NCBI GenBank assembly: GCA_046563655.1
Contig: JAJCTO010000011.1
Span: 558,001-622,000, forward strand
Source of the DNA: Yuukianura sp. NJ FZ-2021
Lineage: Eukaryota
Direction of reading: 5' to 3'
DNA: 64,000 nucleotides
Made by a program: the position numbers and the translations under genes. Every line of letters begins with the position of its first letter. The first letter of the stretch is position 1. This document shows, in pieces, positions 1 through 15,000 of this stretch. The notes under the pieces are model-generated. The model saw nothing but the letters and a program-made list of their open reading frames with translations, was not told the DNA's origin and made no database searches.

Positions 1-3000
1 GGTCTGATTGAATCCTGAGGAACGGAATTGTGCCAAGATAGCAATTTTAATTTGACGCTATGGAGACAGACTACAAAAATAGGGACATTTGTCTAGTTTG
101 AGGATCTTCAAGTGGTTTTTTGAAACCAGTGTTGTTGAAAATATTTTTCAACTAAGGTCTGATTGAATCCTGAGGAACGGAATTGTGCCAAGATAGCAAT
201 TTTAATTTGACGCTATGGAGACAGACTACAAAAATATGGGACATTTGTCTAGTTTGAGGATCTTCAAGTGGTTTTTCGAAACCAGTGTTGTTGAAAATAT
301 TTTTCAACTAAGGTCTGATTGAATCCTGAGGAACGGAATTGTGCCAAGATAGCAATTTTAATTTGACGCTATGGAGACAGACTACAAAAATAGGGACATT
401 TGTCTAGTTTGAGGATCTTCAAGTGGTTTTTTGAAACCAGTGTTGTTGAAAATATTTTTCAACTAAGGTCTGATTGAATCCTGAGGAACGGAATTGTGCC
501 AAGATAGCAATTTTAATTTGACGCTATGGAGACAGACTACAAAAATAGGGACATTTGTCTAGTTTGAGGATCTTCAAGTGGTTTTTTGAAACCAGTGTTG
601 TTGAAAATATTTTTCAACTAAGGTCTGATTGAATCCTGAGGAACGGAATTGTGCCAAGATAGCAATTTTAATTTGACGCTATGGAGACAGACTACAAAAA
701 TAGGGACATTTGTCTAGTTTGAGGATCTTCAAGTGGTTTTTTGAAACCAGTGTTGTTGAAAATATTTTTCAACTAAGGTCTGAAATTCAATCATGAGGAA
801 CGGAATTGTGCCAAGATAGCAATTTTAATTTGACGCTATGGAGACAGACTACAAAAATAGGGACATTTGTCTAGTTTGAGGATCTTCAAGTGGTTTTTTG
901 AAACCAGTGTTGTTGAAAATATTTTTCAACTAAGGTCTGATTGAATCCTGAGGAACGGAATTGTGCCAAGATAGCAATTTTAATTTGACGCTATGGAGAC
1001 AGACTACAAAAATAGGGACATTTGTCTAGTTTGAGGATCTTCAAGTGGTTTTTTGAAACCAGTGTTGTTGAAAATATTTTTCAACTAAGGTCTGATTGAA
1101 TCCTGAGGAACGGAATTGTGCCAAGATAGCAATTTTAATTTGACGCTATGGAGACAGACTACAAAAATAGGGACATTTGTCTAGTTTGAGGATCTTCAAG
1201 TGGTTTTTTGAAACCAGTGTTGTTGAAAATATTTTTCAACTAAGGTCTGAAATTCAATCATGAGGAACGGAATTGTACCACGATAGCAATTTTAATTTGA
1301 CGCTATGGAGACAGACTACAAAAATAGGGACATTTGTCTAGTTTGAGGATCTTCAAGTGGTTTTTTGAAACCAGTGTTGAAAATATTTTCAACTAAGGTC
1401 TGATTGAATCCTGAGGAACGGAATTGTGCCAAGATAGCAATTTTAATTTGACGCTATGGAGACAGACTACAAAAATAGGGACATTTGTCTAGTTTGAGGA
1501 TCTTCAAGTGGTTTTTTGAAACCAGTGTTGTTGAAAATATTTTTCAACTAAGGTCTGATTGAATCCTGAGGAACGGAATTGTGCCAAGATAGCAATTTTA
1601 ATTTGACGCTATGGAGACAGACTACAAAAATAGGGACATTTGTCTAGTTTGAGGATCTTCAAGTGGTTTTTTGAAACCAGTGTTGTTGAAAATATTTTTC
1701 AACTAAGGTCTGATTGAATCCTGAGGAACGGAATTGTGCCAAGATAGCAATTTTAATTTGACGCTATGGAGACAGACTACAAAAATAGGGACATTTGTCT
1801 AGTTTGAGGATCTTCAAGTGGTTTTTTGAAACCAGTGTTGTTGAAAATATTTTTCAACTAAGGTCTGATTGAATCCTGAGGAACGGAATTGTGCCAAGAT
1901 AGCAATTTTAATTTGACGCTATGGAGACAGACTACAAAAATAGGGACATTTGTCTAGTTTGAGGATCTTCAAGTGGTTTTTTGAAACCAGTGTTGTTGAA
2001 AATATTTTTCAACTAAGGTCTGATTGAATCCTGAGGAACGGAATTGTGCCAAGATAGCAATTTTAATTTGACGCTATGGAGACAGACTACAAAAATAGGG
2101 ACATTTGTCTAGTTTGAGGATCTTCAAGTGGTTTTTTGAAACCAGTGTTGTTGAAAATATTTTTCAACTAAGGTCTGATTGAATCCTGAGGAACGGAATT
2201 GTGCCAAGATAGCAATTTTAATTTGACGCTATGGAGACAGACTACAAAAATAGGGACATTTGTCTAGTTTGAGGATCTTCAAGTGGTTTTTTGAAACCAG
2301 TGTTGTTGAAAATATTTTTCAACTAAGGTCTGAAATTCAATCATGAGGAACGGAATTGTACCAAGATAGCAATTTTAATTTGACGCTATGGAGACAGACT
2401 ACAAAAATAGGGACATTTGTCTAGTTTGAGGATCTTCAAGTGGTTTTTTGAAACCAGTGTTGTTGAAAATATTTTTCAACTAAGGTCTGATTGAATCCTG
2501 AGGAACGGAATTGTGCCAAGATAGCAATTTTAATTTGACGCTATGGAGACAGACTACAAAAATAGGGACATTTGTCTAGTTTGAGGATCTTCAAGTGGTT
2601 TTTTGAAACCAGTGTTGTTGAAAATATTTTTCAACTAAGGTCTGATTGAATCCTGAGGAACGGAATTGTGCCAAGATAGCAATTTTAATTTGACGCTATG
2701 GAGACAGACTACAAAAATAGGGACATTTGTCTAGTTTGAGGATCTTCAAGTGGTTTTTCGAAACCAGTGTTGTTGAAAATATTTTTCAACTAAGGTCTGA
2801 TTGAATCCTGAGGAACGGAATTGTGCCAAGATAGCAATTTTAATTTGACGCTATGGAGACAGACTACAAAAATAGGGACATTTGTCTAGTTTGAGGATCT
2901 TCAAGTGGTTTTTTGAAACCAGTGTTGTTGAAAATATTTTTCAACTAAGGTCTGAAATTCAATCATGAGGGACGGAATTGTACCAAGATAGCAATTTTAA

Positions 3001-6000
3001 TTTGACGCTATGGAGACAGACTACAAAAATAGGGACATTTGTCTAGTTTGAGGATCTTCAAGTGGTTTTTTAAAACCAGTGTTGTTGAAAATATTTTTCA
3101 ACTAAGGTCTGATTGAATCCTGAGGAACGGAATTGTGCCAAGATAGCAATTTTAATTTGACGCTATGGAGACAGACTACAAAAATAGGGACATTTGTCTA
3201 GTTTGAGGATCTTCAAGTGGTTTTTTGAAACCAGTGTTGAAAATATTTTTCAACTAAGGTCTGATTGAATCCTGAGGAACGGAATTGTGCCAAGATAGCA
3301 ATTTTAATTTGACGCTATGGAGACAGACTACAAAAATAGGGACATTTGTCTAGTTTGAGGATCTTCAAGTGGTTTTTTGAAACCAGTGTTGTTGAAAATA
3401 TTTTTCAACTAAGGTCTGATTGAATCCTGAGGAACGGAATTGTGCCAAGATAGCAATTTTAATTTGACGCTATGGAGACAGACTACAAAAATATGGGACA
3501 TTTGTCTAGTTTGAGGATCTTCAAGTGGTTTTTCGAAACCAGTGTTGTTGAAAATATTTTTCAACTAAGGTCTGATTGAATCCTGAGGAACGGAATTGTG
3601 CCAAGATAGCAATTTTAATTTGACGCTATGGAGACAGACTACAAAAATAGGGACATTTGTCTAGTTTGAGGATCTTCAAGTGGTTTTTTGAAACCAGTGT
3701 TGTTGAAAATATTTTTCAACTAAGGTCTGATTGAATCCTGAGGAACGGAATTGTGCCAAGATAGCAATTTTAATTTGACGCTATGGAGACAGACTACAAA
3801 AATAGGGACATTTGTCTAGTTTGAGGATCTTCAAGTGGTTTTTTGAAACCAGTGTTGTTGAAAATATTTTTCAACTAAGGTCTGATTGAATCCTGAGGAA
3901 CGGAATTGTGCCAAGATAGCAATTTTAATTTGACGCTATGGAGACAGACTACAAAAATAGGGACATTTGTCTAGTTTGAGGATCTTCAAGTGGTTTTTTG
4001 AAACCAGTGTTGTTGAAAATATTTTTCAACTAAGGTCTGAAATTCAATCCTGAGGAACGGAATTGTGCCAAGATAGCAATTTTAATTTGACGCTATGGAG
4101 ACAGACTACAAAAATAGGGACATTTGTCTAGTTTGAGGATCTTCAAGTGGTTTTTTAAAACCAGTGTTGTTGAAAATATTTTTCAACTAAGGTCTGATTG
4201 AATCCTGAGGAACGGAATTGTGCCAAGATAGCAATTTTAATTTGACGCTATGGAGACAGACTACAAAAATAGGGACATTTGTCTAGTTTGAGGATCTTCA
4301 AGTGGTTTTTTGAAACCAGTGTTGTTGAAAATATTTTTCAACTAAGGTCTGATTGAATCCTGAGGAACGGAATTGTGCCAAGATAGCAATTTTAATTTGA
4401 CGCTATGGAGACAGACTACAAAAATAGGGACATTTGTCTAGTTTGAGGATCTTCAAGTGGTTTTTTGAAACCAGTGTTGTTGAAAATATTTTTCAACTAA
4501 GGTCTGATTGAATCCTGAGGAACGGAATTGTGCCAAGATAGCAATTTTAATTTGACGCTATAGAGACAGACTACAAAAATAGGGACATTTGTCTAGTTTG
4601 AGGATCTTCAAGTGGTTTTTTGAAACCAGTGTTGTTGAAAATATTTTTCAACTAAGGTCTGAAATTCAATCATGAGGAACGGAATTGTGCCAAGATAGCA
4701 ATTTTAATTTGACGCTATGGAGACAGACTACAAAAATAGGGACATTTGTCTAGTTTGAGGATCTTCAAGTGGTTTTTTGAAACCAGTGTTGTTGAAAATA
4801 TTTTTCAACTAAGGTCTGATTGAATCCTGAGGAACGGAATTGTGCCAAGATAGCAATTTTAATTTGACGCTATGGAGACAGACTACAAAAATAGGGACAT
4901 TTGTCTGGTTTGAGGATCTTCAGGTGGTTTTTAAAAACCAGTGTTGTTGAAAATATTTTTCAACTAAGGTCTGATTGAATCCTGAGGAACGGAATTGTGC
5001 CAAGATAGCAATTTTAATTTAACGCTATGGAGACAGACTACAAAGATAGGGACATTTGTCTGGTTTGAGGATGTTCAGGTGGTTTTTTAAAACCAGTGTT
5101 GTTGAAAATATTTTTCAACTAAGGTCTGATTGAATCCTGAGGAACGGAATTGTGCCAAGATAGCAATTTTAATTTGACGCTATGGAGACAGACTACAAAA
5201 ATAGGGACATTTGTCTAGTTTGAGGATCTTCAAGTGGTTTTTTGAAACCAGTGTTGTTGAAAATATTTTTCAACTAAGGTCTGATTGAATCCTGAGGAAC
5301 GGAATTGTGCCAAGATAGCAATTTTAATTTGACGCTATGGAGACAGACTACAAAAATAGGGACATTTGTCTAGTTTGAGGATCTTCAAGTGGTTTTTTGA
5401 AACCAGTGTTGTTGAAAATATTTTTCAACTAAGGTCTGAAATTCAACCATGAGGAACGGAATTGTGCCAAGATAGCAATTTTAATTTGACGCTATGGAGA
5501 CAGACTACAAAAATAGGGACATTTGTCTGGTTTGAGGATCTTCAAGTGGTTTTTTGAAACCAGTGTTGTTGAAAATATTTTTCAACTAAGGTCTGATTGA
5601 ATCCTGAGGAACGGAATTGTGCCAAGATAGCAATTTTAATTTGACGCTATGGAGACAGACTACAAAAATAGGGACATTTGTCTAGTTTGAGGATCTTCAA
5701 GTGGTTTTTTGAAACCAGTGTTGTTGAAAATATTTTTCAACTAAGGTCTGAAATTCAATCATGAGGAACGGAATTGTGCCAAGATAGCAATTTTAATTTG
5801 ACGCTATGGAGACAGACTACAAAAATAGGGACATTTGTCTAGTTTGAGGATCTTCAAGTGGTTTTTTAAAACCAGTGTTGTTGAAAATATTTTTCAACTA
5901 AGGTCTGATTGAATCCTGAGGAACGGAATTGTGCCAAGATAGCAATTTTAATTTGACGCTATGGAGACAGACTACAAAAATAGGGACATTTGTCTGGTTT

Positions 6001-9000
6001 GAGGATCTTCAAGGTGGTTTTTAAAAACCAGTGTTGTTGAAAATATTTTTCAACTAAGGTCTGATTGAATCCTGAGGAACGGAATTGTGCCAAGATAGCA
6101 ATTTTAATTTGACGCTATGGAGACAGACTACAAAGATAGGGACATTTGTCTGGTTTGAGGATGTCTTCAAGTGGTTTTTAAAACCAGTGTTGTTGAAAAT
6201 ATTTTTCAACTAAGGTCTGATTGAATCCTGAGGAACGGAATTGTGCCAAGATAGCAATTTTAATTTGACGCTATAGGAGACAGACTACAAAAATAGGGAC
6301 ATTTGTCTAGTTTGAGGATCTTCAAGTGGTTTTTTGAAACCAGTGTTGTTGAAAATATTTTTCAACTAAGGTCTGATTGAATCCTGAGGAACGGAATTGT
6401 GCCAAGATAGCAATTTTAATTTGACGCTATGGAGACAGACTACAAAAATAGGGACATTTGTCTAGTTTGAGGATCTTCAAGTGGTTTTTTGAAACCAGTG
6501 TTGTTGAAAATATTTTTCAACTAAGGTCTGAAATTCAATCATGAGGAACGGAATTGTGCCAAGATAGCAATTTTAATTTGACGCTATGGAGACAGACTAC
6601 AAAAATAGGGACATTTGTCTGGTTTGAGGATCTTCAAGTGGTTTTTTGAAACCAGTGTTGTTGAAAATATTTTTCAACTAAGGTCTGATTGAATCCTGAG
6701 GAACGGAATTGTGCCAAGATAGCAATTTTAATTTGACGCTATGGAGACAGACTACAAAAATAGGGACATTTGTCTGGTTTGAGGATCTTCAAGTGGTTTT
6801 TTAAAACCAGTGTTGTTGAAAATATTTTTCAACTAAGGTCTGATTGAATCCTGAGGAACGGAATTGTGCCAAGATAGCAATTTTAATTTGACGCTATGGA
6901 GACAGACTACAAAAATAGGGACATTTGTCTAGTTTGAGGATCTTCAAGTGGTTTTTTGAAACCAGTGTTGTTGAAAATATTTTTCAACTAAGGTCTGATT
7001 GAATCCTGAGGAACGGAATTGTGCCAAGATAGCAATTTTAATTTGACGCTATGGAGACAGACTACAAAAATAGGGACATTTGTCTAGTTTGAGGATCTTC
7101 AAGTGGTTTTTTGAAACCAGTGTTGTTGAAAATATTTTTCAACTAAGGTCTGAAATTCAACCATGAGGAACGGAATTGTGCCAAGATAGCAATTTTAATT
7201 TGACGCTATGGAGACAGACTACAAAAATAGGGACATTTGTCTGGTTTGAGGATCTTCAAGTGGTTTTTTGAAACCAGTGTTGTTGAAAATATTTTTCAAC
7301 TAAGGTCTGATTGAATCCTGAGGAACGGAATTGTGCCAAGATAGCAATTTTAATTTGACGCTATGGAGACAGACTACAAAAATAGGGACATTTGTCTAGT
7401 TTGAGGATCTTCAAGTGGTTTTTTGAAACCAGTGTTGTTGAAAATATTTTTCAACTAAGGTCTGAAATTCAATCATGAGGAACGGAATTGTGCCAAGATA
7501 GCAATTTTAATTTGACGCTATGGAGACAGACTACAAAAATAGGGACATTTGTCTAGTTTGAGGATCTTCAAGTGGTTTTTTAAAACCAGTGTTGTTGAAA
7601 ATATTTTTCAACTAAGGTCTGATTGAATCCTGAGGAACGGAATTGTGCCAAGATAGCAATTTTAATTTGACGCTATGGAGACAGACTACAAAAATAGGGA
7701 CATTTGTCTAGTTTGAGGATCTTCAAGGTGGTTTTTAAAACCAGTGTTGTTGAAAATATTTTTCAACTAAGGTCTGATTGAATCCTGAGGAACGGAATTG
7801 TGCCAAGATAGCAATTTTAATTTGACGCTATGGAGACAGACTACAAAAATAGGGACATTTGTCTGGTTTGAGGATCTTCAAGGTGGTTTTTTGAAACCAG
7901 TGTTGTTGAAAATATTTTTCAACTAAGGTCTGATTGAATCCTGAGGAACGGAATTGTGCCAAGATAGCAATTTTAATTTGACGCTATGGAGACAGACTAC
8001 AAAAATAGGGACATTTGTCTAGTTTGAGGATCTTCAAGTGGTTTTTTGAAACCAGTGTTGTTGAAAATATTTTTCAACTAAGGTCTGATTGAATCCTGAG
8101 GAACGGAATTGTGCCAAGATAGCAATTTTAATTTGACGCTATGGAGACAGACTACAAAAATAGGGACATTTGTCTAGTTTGAGGATCTTCAAGTGGTTTT
8201 TTGAAACCAGTGTTGTTGAAAATATTTTTCAACTAAGGTCTGAAATTGAATCATGAGGAACGGAATTGTGCCAAGATAGCAATTTTAATTTGACGCTATG
8301 GAGACAGACTACAAAAATAGGGACATTTGTCTGGTTTGAGGATCTTCAAGTGGTTTTTTGAAACCAGTGTTGTTGAAAATATTTTTCAACTAAGGTCTGA
8401 TTGAATCCTGAGGAACGGAATTGTGCCAAGATAGCAATTTTAATTTGACGCTATGGAGACAGACTACAAAAATAGGGACATTTGTCTGGTTTGAGGATCT
8501 TCAAGTGGTTTTTTAAAACCAGTGTTGTTGAAAATATTTTTCAACTAAGGTCTGATTGAATCCTGAGGAACGGAATTGTGCCAAGATAGCAATTTTAATT
8601 TGACGCTATGGAGACAGACTACAAAAATAGGGACATTTGTCTAGTTTGAGGATCTTCAAGTGGTTTTTTGAAACCAGTGTTGTTGAAAATATTTTTCAAC
8701 TAAGGTCTGATTGAATCCTGAGGAACGGAATTGTGCCAAGATAGCAATTTTAATTTGACGCTATGGAGACAGACTACAAAAATAGGGACATTTGTCTAGT
8801 TTGAGGATCTTCAAGTGGTTTTTCGAAACCAGTGTTGTTGAAAATATTTTTCAACTAAGGTCTGATTGAATCCTGAGGAACGGAATTGTGCCAAGATAGC
8901 AATTTTAATTTGACGCTATGGAGACAGACTACAAAAATAGGGACATTTGTCTGGTTTGAGGATCTTCAAGTGGTTTTTTAAAACCAGTGTTGTTGAAAAT

Positions 9001-12000
9001 ATTTTTCAACTAAGGTCTGATTGAATCCTGAGGAACGGAATTGTGCCAAGATAGCAATTTTAATTTGACGCTATGGAGACAGACTACAAAAATAGGGACA
9101 TTTGTCTAGTTTGAGGATCTTCAAGTGGTTTTTTGAAACCAGTGTTGTTGAAAATATTTTTCAACTAAGGTCTGATTGAATCCTGAGGAACGGAATTGTG
9201 CCAAGATAGCAATTTTAATTTGACGCTATGGAGACAGACTACAAAAATAGGGACATTTGTCTAGTTTGAGGATCTTCAAGTGGTTTTTCGAAACCAGTGT
9301 TGTTGAAAATATTTTTCAACTAAGGTCTGATTGAACCCTGAGGAACGGAATTGTGCCAAGATAGCAATTTTAATTTGACGCTATGGAGACAGACTACAAA
9401 AATAGGGACATTTGTCTAGTTTGAGGATCTTCAAGTGGTTTTTTGAAACCAGTGTTGTTGAAAATATTTTTCAACTAAGGTCTGATTGAATCCTGAGGAA
9501 CGGAATTGTGCCAAGATAGCAATTTTAATTTGACGCTATGGAGACAGACTACAAAAATAGGGACATTTGTCTAGTTTGAGGATCTTCAAGTGGTTTTTTG
9601 AAACCAGTGTTGTTGAAAATATTTTTCAACTAAGGTCTGATTGAATCCTGAGGAACGGAATTGTGCCAAGATAGCAATTTTAATTTGACGCTATGGAGAC
9701 AGACTACAAAAATAGGGACATTTGTCTAGTTTGAGGATCTTCAAGTGGTTTTTTGAAACCAGTGTTGTTGAAAATATTTTTCAACTAAGGTCTGATTGAA
9801 TCCTGAGGAACGGAATTGTGCCAAGATAGCAATTTTAATTTGACGCTATGGAGACAGACTACAAAAATAGGGACATTTGTCTAGTTTGAGGATCTTCAAG
9901 TGGTTTTTCGAAACCAGTGTTGTTGAAAATATTTTTCAACTAAGGTCTGATTGAACCCTGAGGAACGGAATTGTGCCAAGATAGCAATTTTAATTTGACG
10001 CTATGGAGACAGACTACAAAAATAGGGACATTTGTCTGGTTTGAGGATGTTCAGGTGGTTTTTTAAAACCAGTGTTGTTGAAAATATTTTTCAACTAAGG
10101 TCTGATTGAATCCTGAGGAACGGAATTGTGCCAAGATAGCAATTTTAATTTGACGCTATGGAGACAGACTACAAAAATAGGGACATTTGTCTAGTTTGAG
10201 GATCTTCAAGTGGTTTTTTGAAACCAGTGTTGTTGAAAATATTTTTCAACTAAGGTCTGATTGAATCCTGAGGAACGGAATTGTGCCAAGATAGCAATTT
10301 TAATTTGACGCTATGGAGACAGACTACAAAAATAGGGACATTTGTCTAGTTTGAGGATCTTCAAGTGGTTTTTTGAAACCAGTGTTGTTGAAAATATTTT
10401 TCAACTAAGGTCTGAAATTCAATCATGAGGAACGGAATTGTACCAAGATAGCAATTTTAATTTGACGCTATGGAGACAGACTACAAAAATAGGGACATTT
10501 GTCTAGTTTGAGGATCTTCAAGTGGTTTTTTGAAACCAGTGTTGTTGAAAATATTTTTCAACTAAGGTCTGATTGAATCCTGAGGAACGGAATTGTGCCA
10601 AGATAGCAATTTTAATTTGACGCTATGGAGACAGACTACAAAAATAGGGACATTTGTCTAGTTTGAGGATCTTCAAGTGGTTTTTTGAAACCAGTGTTGA
10701 AAATATTTTTCAACTAAGGTCTGATTGAATCCTGAGGAACGGAATTGTGCCAAGATAGCAATTTTAATTTGACGCTATGGAGACAGACTACAAAAATAGG
10801 GACATTTGTCTGGTTTGAGGATCTTCAAGTGGTTTTTTAAAACCAGTGTTGTTGAAAATATTTTTCAACTAAGGTCTGATTGAATCCTGAGGAACGGAAT
10901 TGTGCCAAGATAGCAATTTTAATTTGACGCTATGGAGACAGACTACAAAAATAGGGACATTTGTCTAGTTTGAGGATCTTCAAGTGGTTTTTTGAAACCA
11001 GTGTTGTTGAAAATATTTTTCAACTAAGGTCTGATTGAATCCTGAGGAACGGAATTGTGCCAAGATAGCAATTTTAATTTGACGCTATGGAGACAGACTA
11101 CAAAAATAGGGACATTTGTCTAGTTTGAGGATCTTCAAGTGGTTTTTTGAAACCAGTGTTGTTGAAAATATTTTTCAACTAAGGTCTGATTGAATCCTGA
11201 GGAACGGAATTGTGCCAAGATAGCAATTTTAATTTGACGCTATGGAGACAGACTACAAAAATAGGGACATTTGTTTAGTTTGAGGATCTTCAAGTGGTTT
11301 TTTGAAACCAGTGTTGTTGAAAATATTTTTCAACTAAGGTCTGATTGAATCCTGAGGAACGGAATTGTGCCAAGATAGCAATTTTAATTTGACGCTATGG
11401 AGACAGACTACAAAAATAGGGACATTTGTCTAGTTTGAGGATCTTCAAGTGGTTTTTTGAAACCAGTGTTGTTGAAAATATTTTTCAACTAAGGTCTGAT
11501 TGAATCCTGAGGAACGGAATTGTGCCAAGATAGCAATTTTAATTTGACGCTATGGAGACAGACTACAAAAATAGGGACATTTGTCTAGTTTGAGGATCTT
11601 CAAGTGGTTTTTTAAAACCAGTGTTGTTGAAAATATTTTTCAACTAAGGTCTGATTGAATCCTGAGGAACGGAATTGTGCCAAGATAGCAATTTTAATTT
11701 GACGCTATGGAGACAGACTACAAAAATAGGGACATTTGTCTGGTTTGAGGATCTTCAGGTGGTTTTTAAAAACCAGTGTTGTTGAAAATATTTTTCAACT
11801 AAGGTCTGATTGAATCCTGAGGAACGGAATTGTGCCAAGATAGCAATTTTAATTTGACGCTATGGAGACAGACTACAAAGATAGGGACATTTGTCTGGTT
11901 TGAGGATGTCCAGGTGGTTTTTTAAAACCAGTGTTGTTGAAAATATTTTTCAACTAAGGTCTGATTGAATCCTGAGGAACGGAATTGTGCCAAGATAGCA

Positions 12001-15000
12001 ATTTTAATTTGACGCTATAGAGACAGACTACAAAAATAGGGACATTTGTCTAGTTTGAGGATCTTTAAGTGGTTTTTTGAAACCAGTGTTGTTGAAAATA
12101 TTTTTCAACTAAGGTCTGATTGAATCCTGAGGAACGGAATTGTGCCAAGATAGCAATTTTAATTTGACGCTATGGAGACAGACTACAAAAATAGGGACAT
12201 TTGTCTAGTTTGAGGATCTTCAAGTGGTTTTTTGAAACCAGTGTTGTTGAAAATATTTTTCAACTAAGGTCTGAAATTCAATCATGAGGAACGGAATTGT
12301 GCCAAGATAGCAATTTTAATTTGACGCTATGGAGACAGACTACAAAAATAGGGACATTTGTCTGGTTTGAGGATCTTCAAGTGGTTTTTTGAAACCAGTG
12401 TTGTTGAAAATATTTTTCAACTAAGGTCTGATTGAATCCTGAGGAACGGAATTGTGCCAAGATAGCAATTTTAATTTGACGCTATGGAGACAGACTACAA
12501 AAATAGGGACATTTGTCTGGTTTGAGGATCTTCAAGTGGTTTTTTAAAACCAGTGTTGTTGAAAATATTTTTCAACTAAGGTCTGATTGAATCCTGAGGA
12601 ACGGAATTGTGCCAAGATAGCAATTTTAATTTGACGCTATGGAGACAGACTACAAAAATAGGGACATTTGTCTAGTTTGAGGATCTTCAAGTGGTTTTTT
12701 GAAACCAGTGTTGTTGAAAATATTTTTCAACTAAGGTCTGATTGAATCCTGAGGAACGGAATTGTGCCAAGATAGCAATTTTAATTTGACGCTATGGAGA
12801 CAAACTACAAAAATAGGGACATTTGTCTAGTTTGAGGATCTTCAAGTGGTTTTTCGAAACCAGTGTTGTTGAAAATATTTTTCAACTAAGGTCTGATTGA
12901 ATCCTGAGGAACGGAATTGTGCCAAGATAGCAATTTTAATTTGACGCTATGGAGACAGACTACAAAAATAGGGACATTTGTCTGGTTTGAGGATCTTCAA
13001 GTGGTTTTTTAAAACCAGTGTTGTTGAAAATATTTTTCAACTAAGGTCTGATTGAATCCTGAGGAACGGAATTGTGCCAAGATAGCAATTTTAATTTGAC
13101 GCTATGGAGACAGACTACAAAAATAGGGACATTTGTCTAGTTTGAGGATCTTCAAGTGGTTTTTTGAAACCAGTGTTGAAAATATTTTTCAACTAAGGTC
13201 TGATTGAATCCTGAGGAACGGAATTGTGCCAAGATAGCAATTTTAATTTGATGCTATGGAGACAAACTACAAAAATAGGGACATTTGTCTAGTTTGAGGA
13301 TCTTCAAGTGGTTTTTCGAAACCAGTGTTGTTGAAAATATTTTTCAACTAAGGTCTGATTGAACCCTGAGGAACGGAATTGTGCCAAGATAGCAATTTTA
13401 ATTTGACGCTATGGAGACAGACTACAAAAATAGGGACTTTTGTCTGGTTTGAGGATGTTCAGGTGGTTTTTTAAAACCAGTGTTGTTGAAAATATTTTTC
13501 AACTAAGGTCTGATTGAATCCTGAGGAACGGAATTGTGCCAAGATAGCAATTTTAATTTGACGCTATAGAGACAGACTACAAAAATAGGGACATTTGTCT
13601 AGTTTGAGGATCTTTAAGTGGTTTTTTGAAACCAGTGTTGTTGAAAATATTTTTCAACTAAGGTCTGATTGAATCCTGAGGAACGGAATTGTGCCAAGAT
13701 AGCAATTTTAATTTGACGCTATGGAGACAGACTACAAAAATAGGGACATTTGTCTAGTTTGAGGATCTTCAAGTGGTTTTTAGAAACCAGTGTTGTTGAA
13801 AATATTTTTCAACTAAGGTCTGATTGAATCCTGAGGAACGGAATTGTGCCAAGATAGCAATTTTAATTTGATGCTATGGAGACAGACTACAAAAATAGGG
13901 ACATTTGTCTAGTTTGAGGATCTTCAAGTGGTTTTTCGAAACCAGTGTTGTTGAAAATATTTTTCAACTAAGGTCTGATTGAACCCTGAGGAACGGAATT
14001 GTGCCAAGATAGCAATTTTAATTTGACGCTATGGAGACAGACTACAAAAATAGGGACTTTTGTCTGGTTTGAGGATGTTCAAGGTGGTTTTTTAAAACCA
14101 GTGTTGTTGAAAATATTTTTCAACTAAGGTCTGATTGAATCCTGAGGAACGGAATTGTGCCAAGATAGCAATTTTAATTTGACGCTATAGAGACAGACTA
14201 CAAAAATAGGGACATTTGTCTAGTTTGAGGATCTTTAAGTGGTTTTTTGAAACCAGTGTTGTTGAAAATATTTTTCAACTAAGGTCTGATTGAATCCTGA
14301 GGAACGGAATTGTGCCAAGATAGCAATTTTAATTTGACGCTATGGAGACAGACTACAAAAATAGGGACATTTGTCTAGTTTGAGGATCTTCAAGTGGTTT
14401 TTTGAAACCAGTGTTTTTGAAAATATTTTTCAACTAAGGTCTGAAATTAAATCCTGAGGAACGGAATTGTACCAAGATAGCAATTTTAATTTGACGCTAT
14501 GGAGACAGACTACAAAAATAGGGACATTTGTCTAGTTTGAGGATCTTCAAGTGGTTTTTTAAAACCAGTGTTGTTGAAAATATTTTTCAACTAAGGTCTG
14601 ATTGAATCCTGAGGAACGGAATTGTGCCAAGATAGCAATTTTAATTTGACGCTATGGAGACAGACTACAAAAATAGGGACATTTGTCTAGTTTGAGGATC
14701 TTCAAGTGGTTTTTTGAAACCAGTGTTGTTGAAAATATTTTTCAACTAAGGTCTGATTGAATCCTGAGGAACGGAATTGTGCCAAGATAGCAATTTTAAT
14801 TTGACGCTATGGAGACAGACTACAAAAATAGGGACATTTGTCTAGTTTGAGGATCTTCAAGTGGTTTTTCGAAACCAGTGTTGTTGAAAATATTTTTCAA
14901 CTAAGGTCTGATTGAACCCTGAGGAACGGAATTGTGCCAAGATAGCAATTTTAATTTGACGCTATGGAGACAGACTACAAAAATAGGGACTTTTGTCTGG

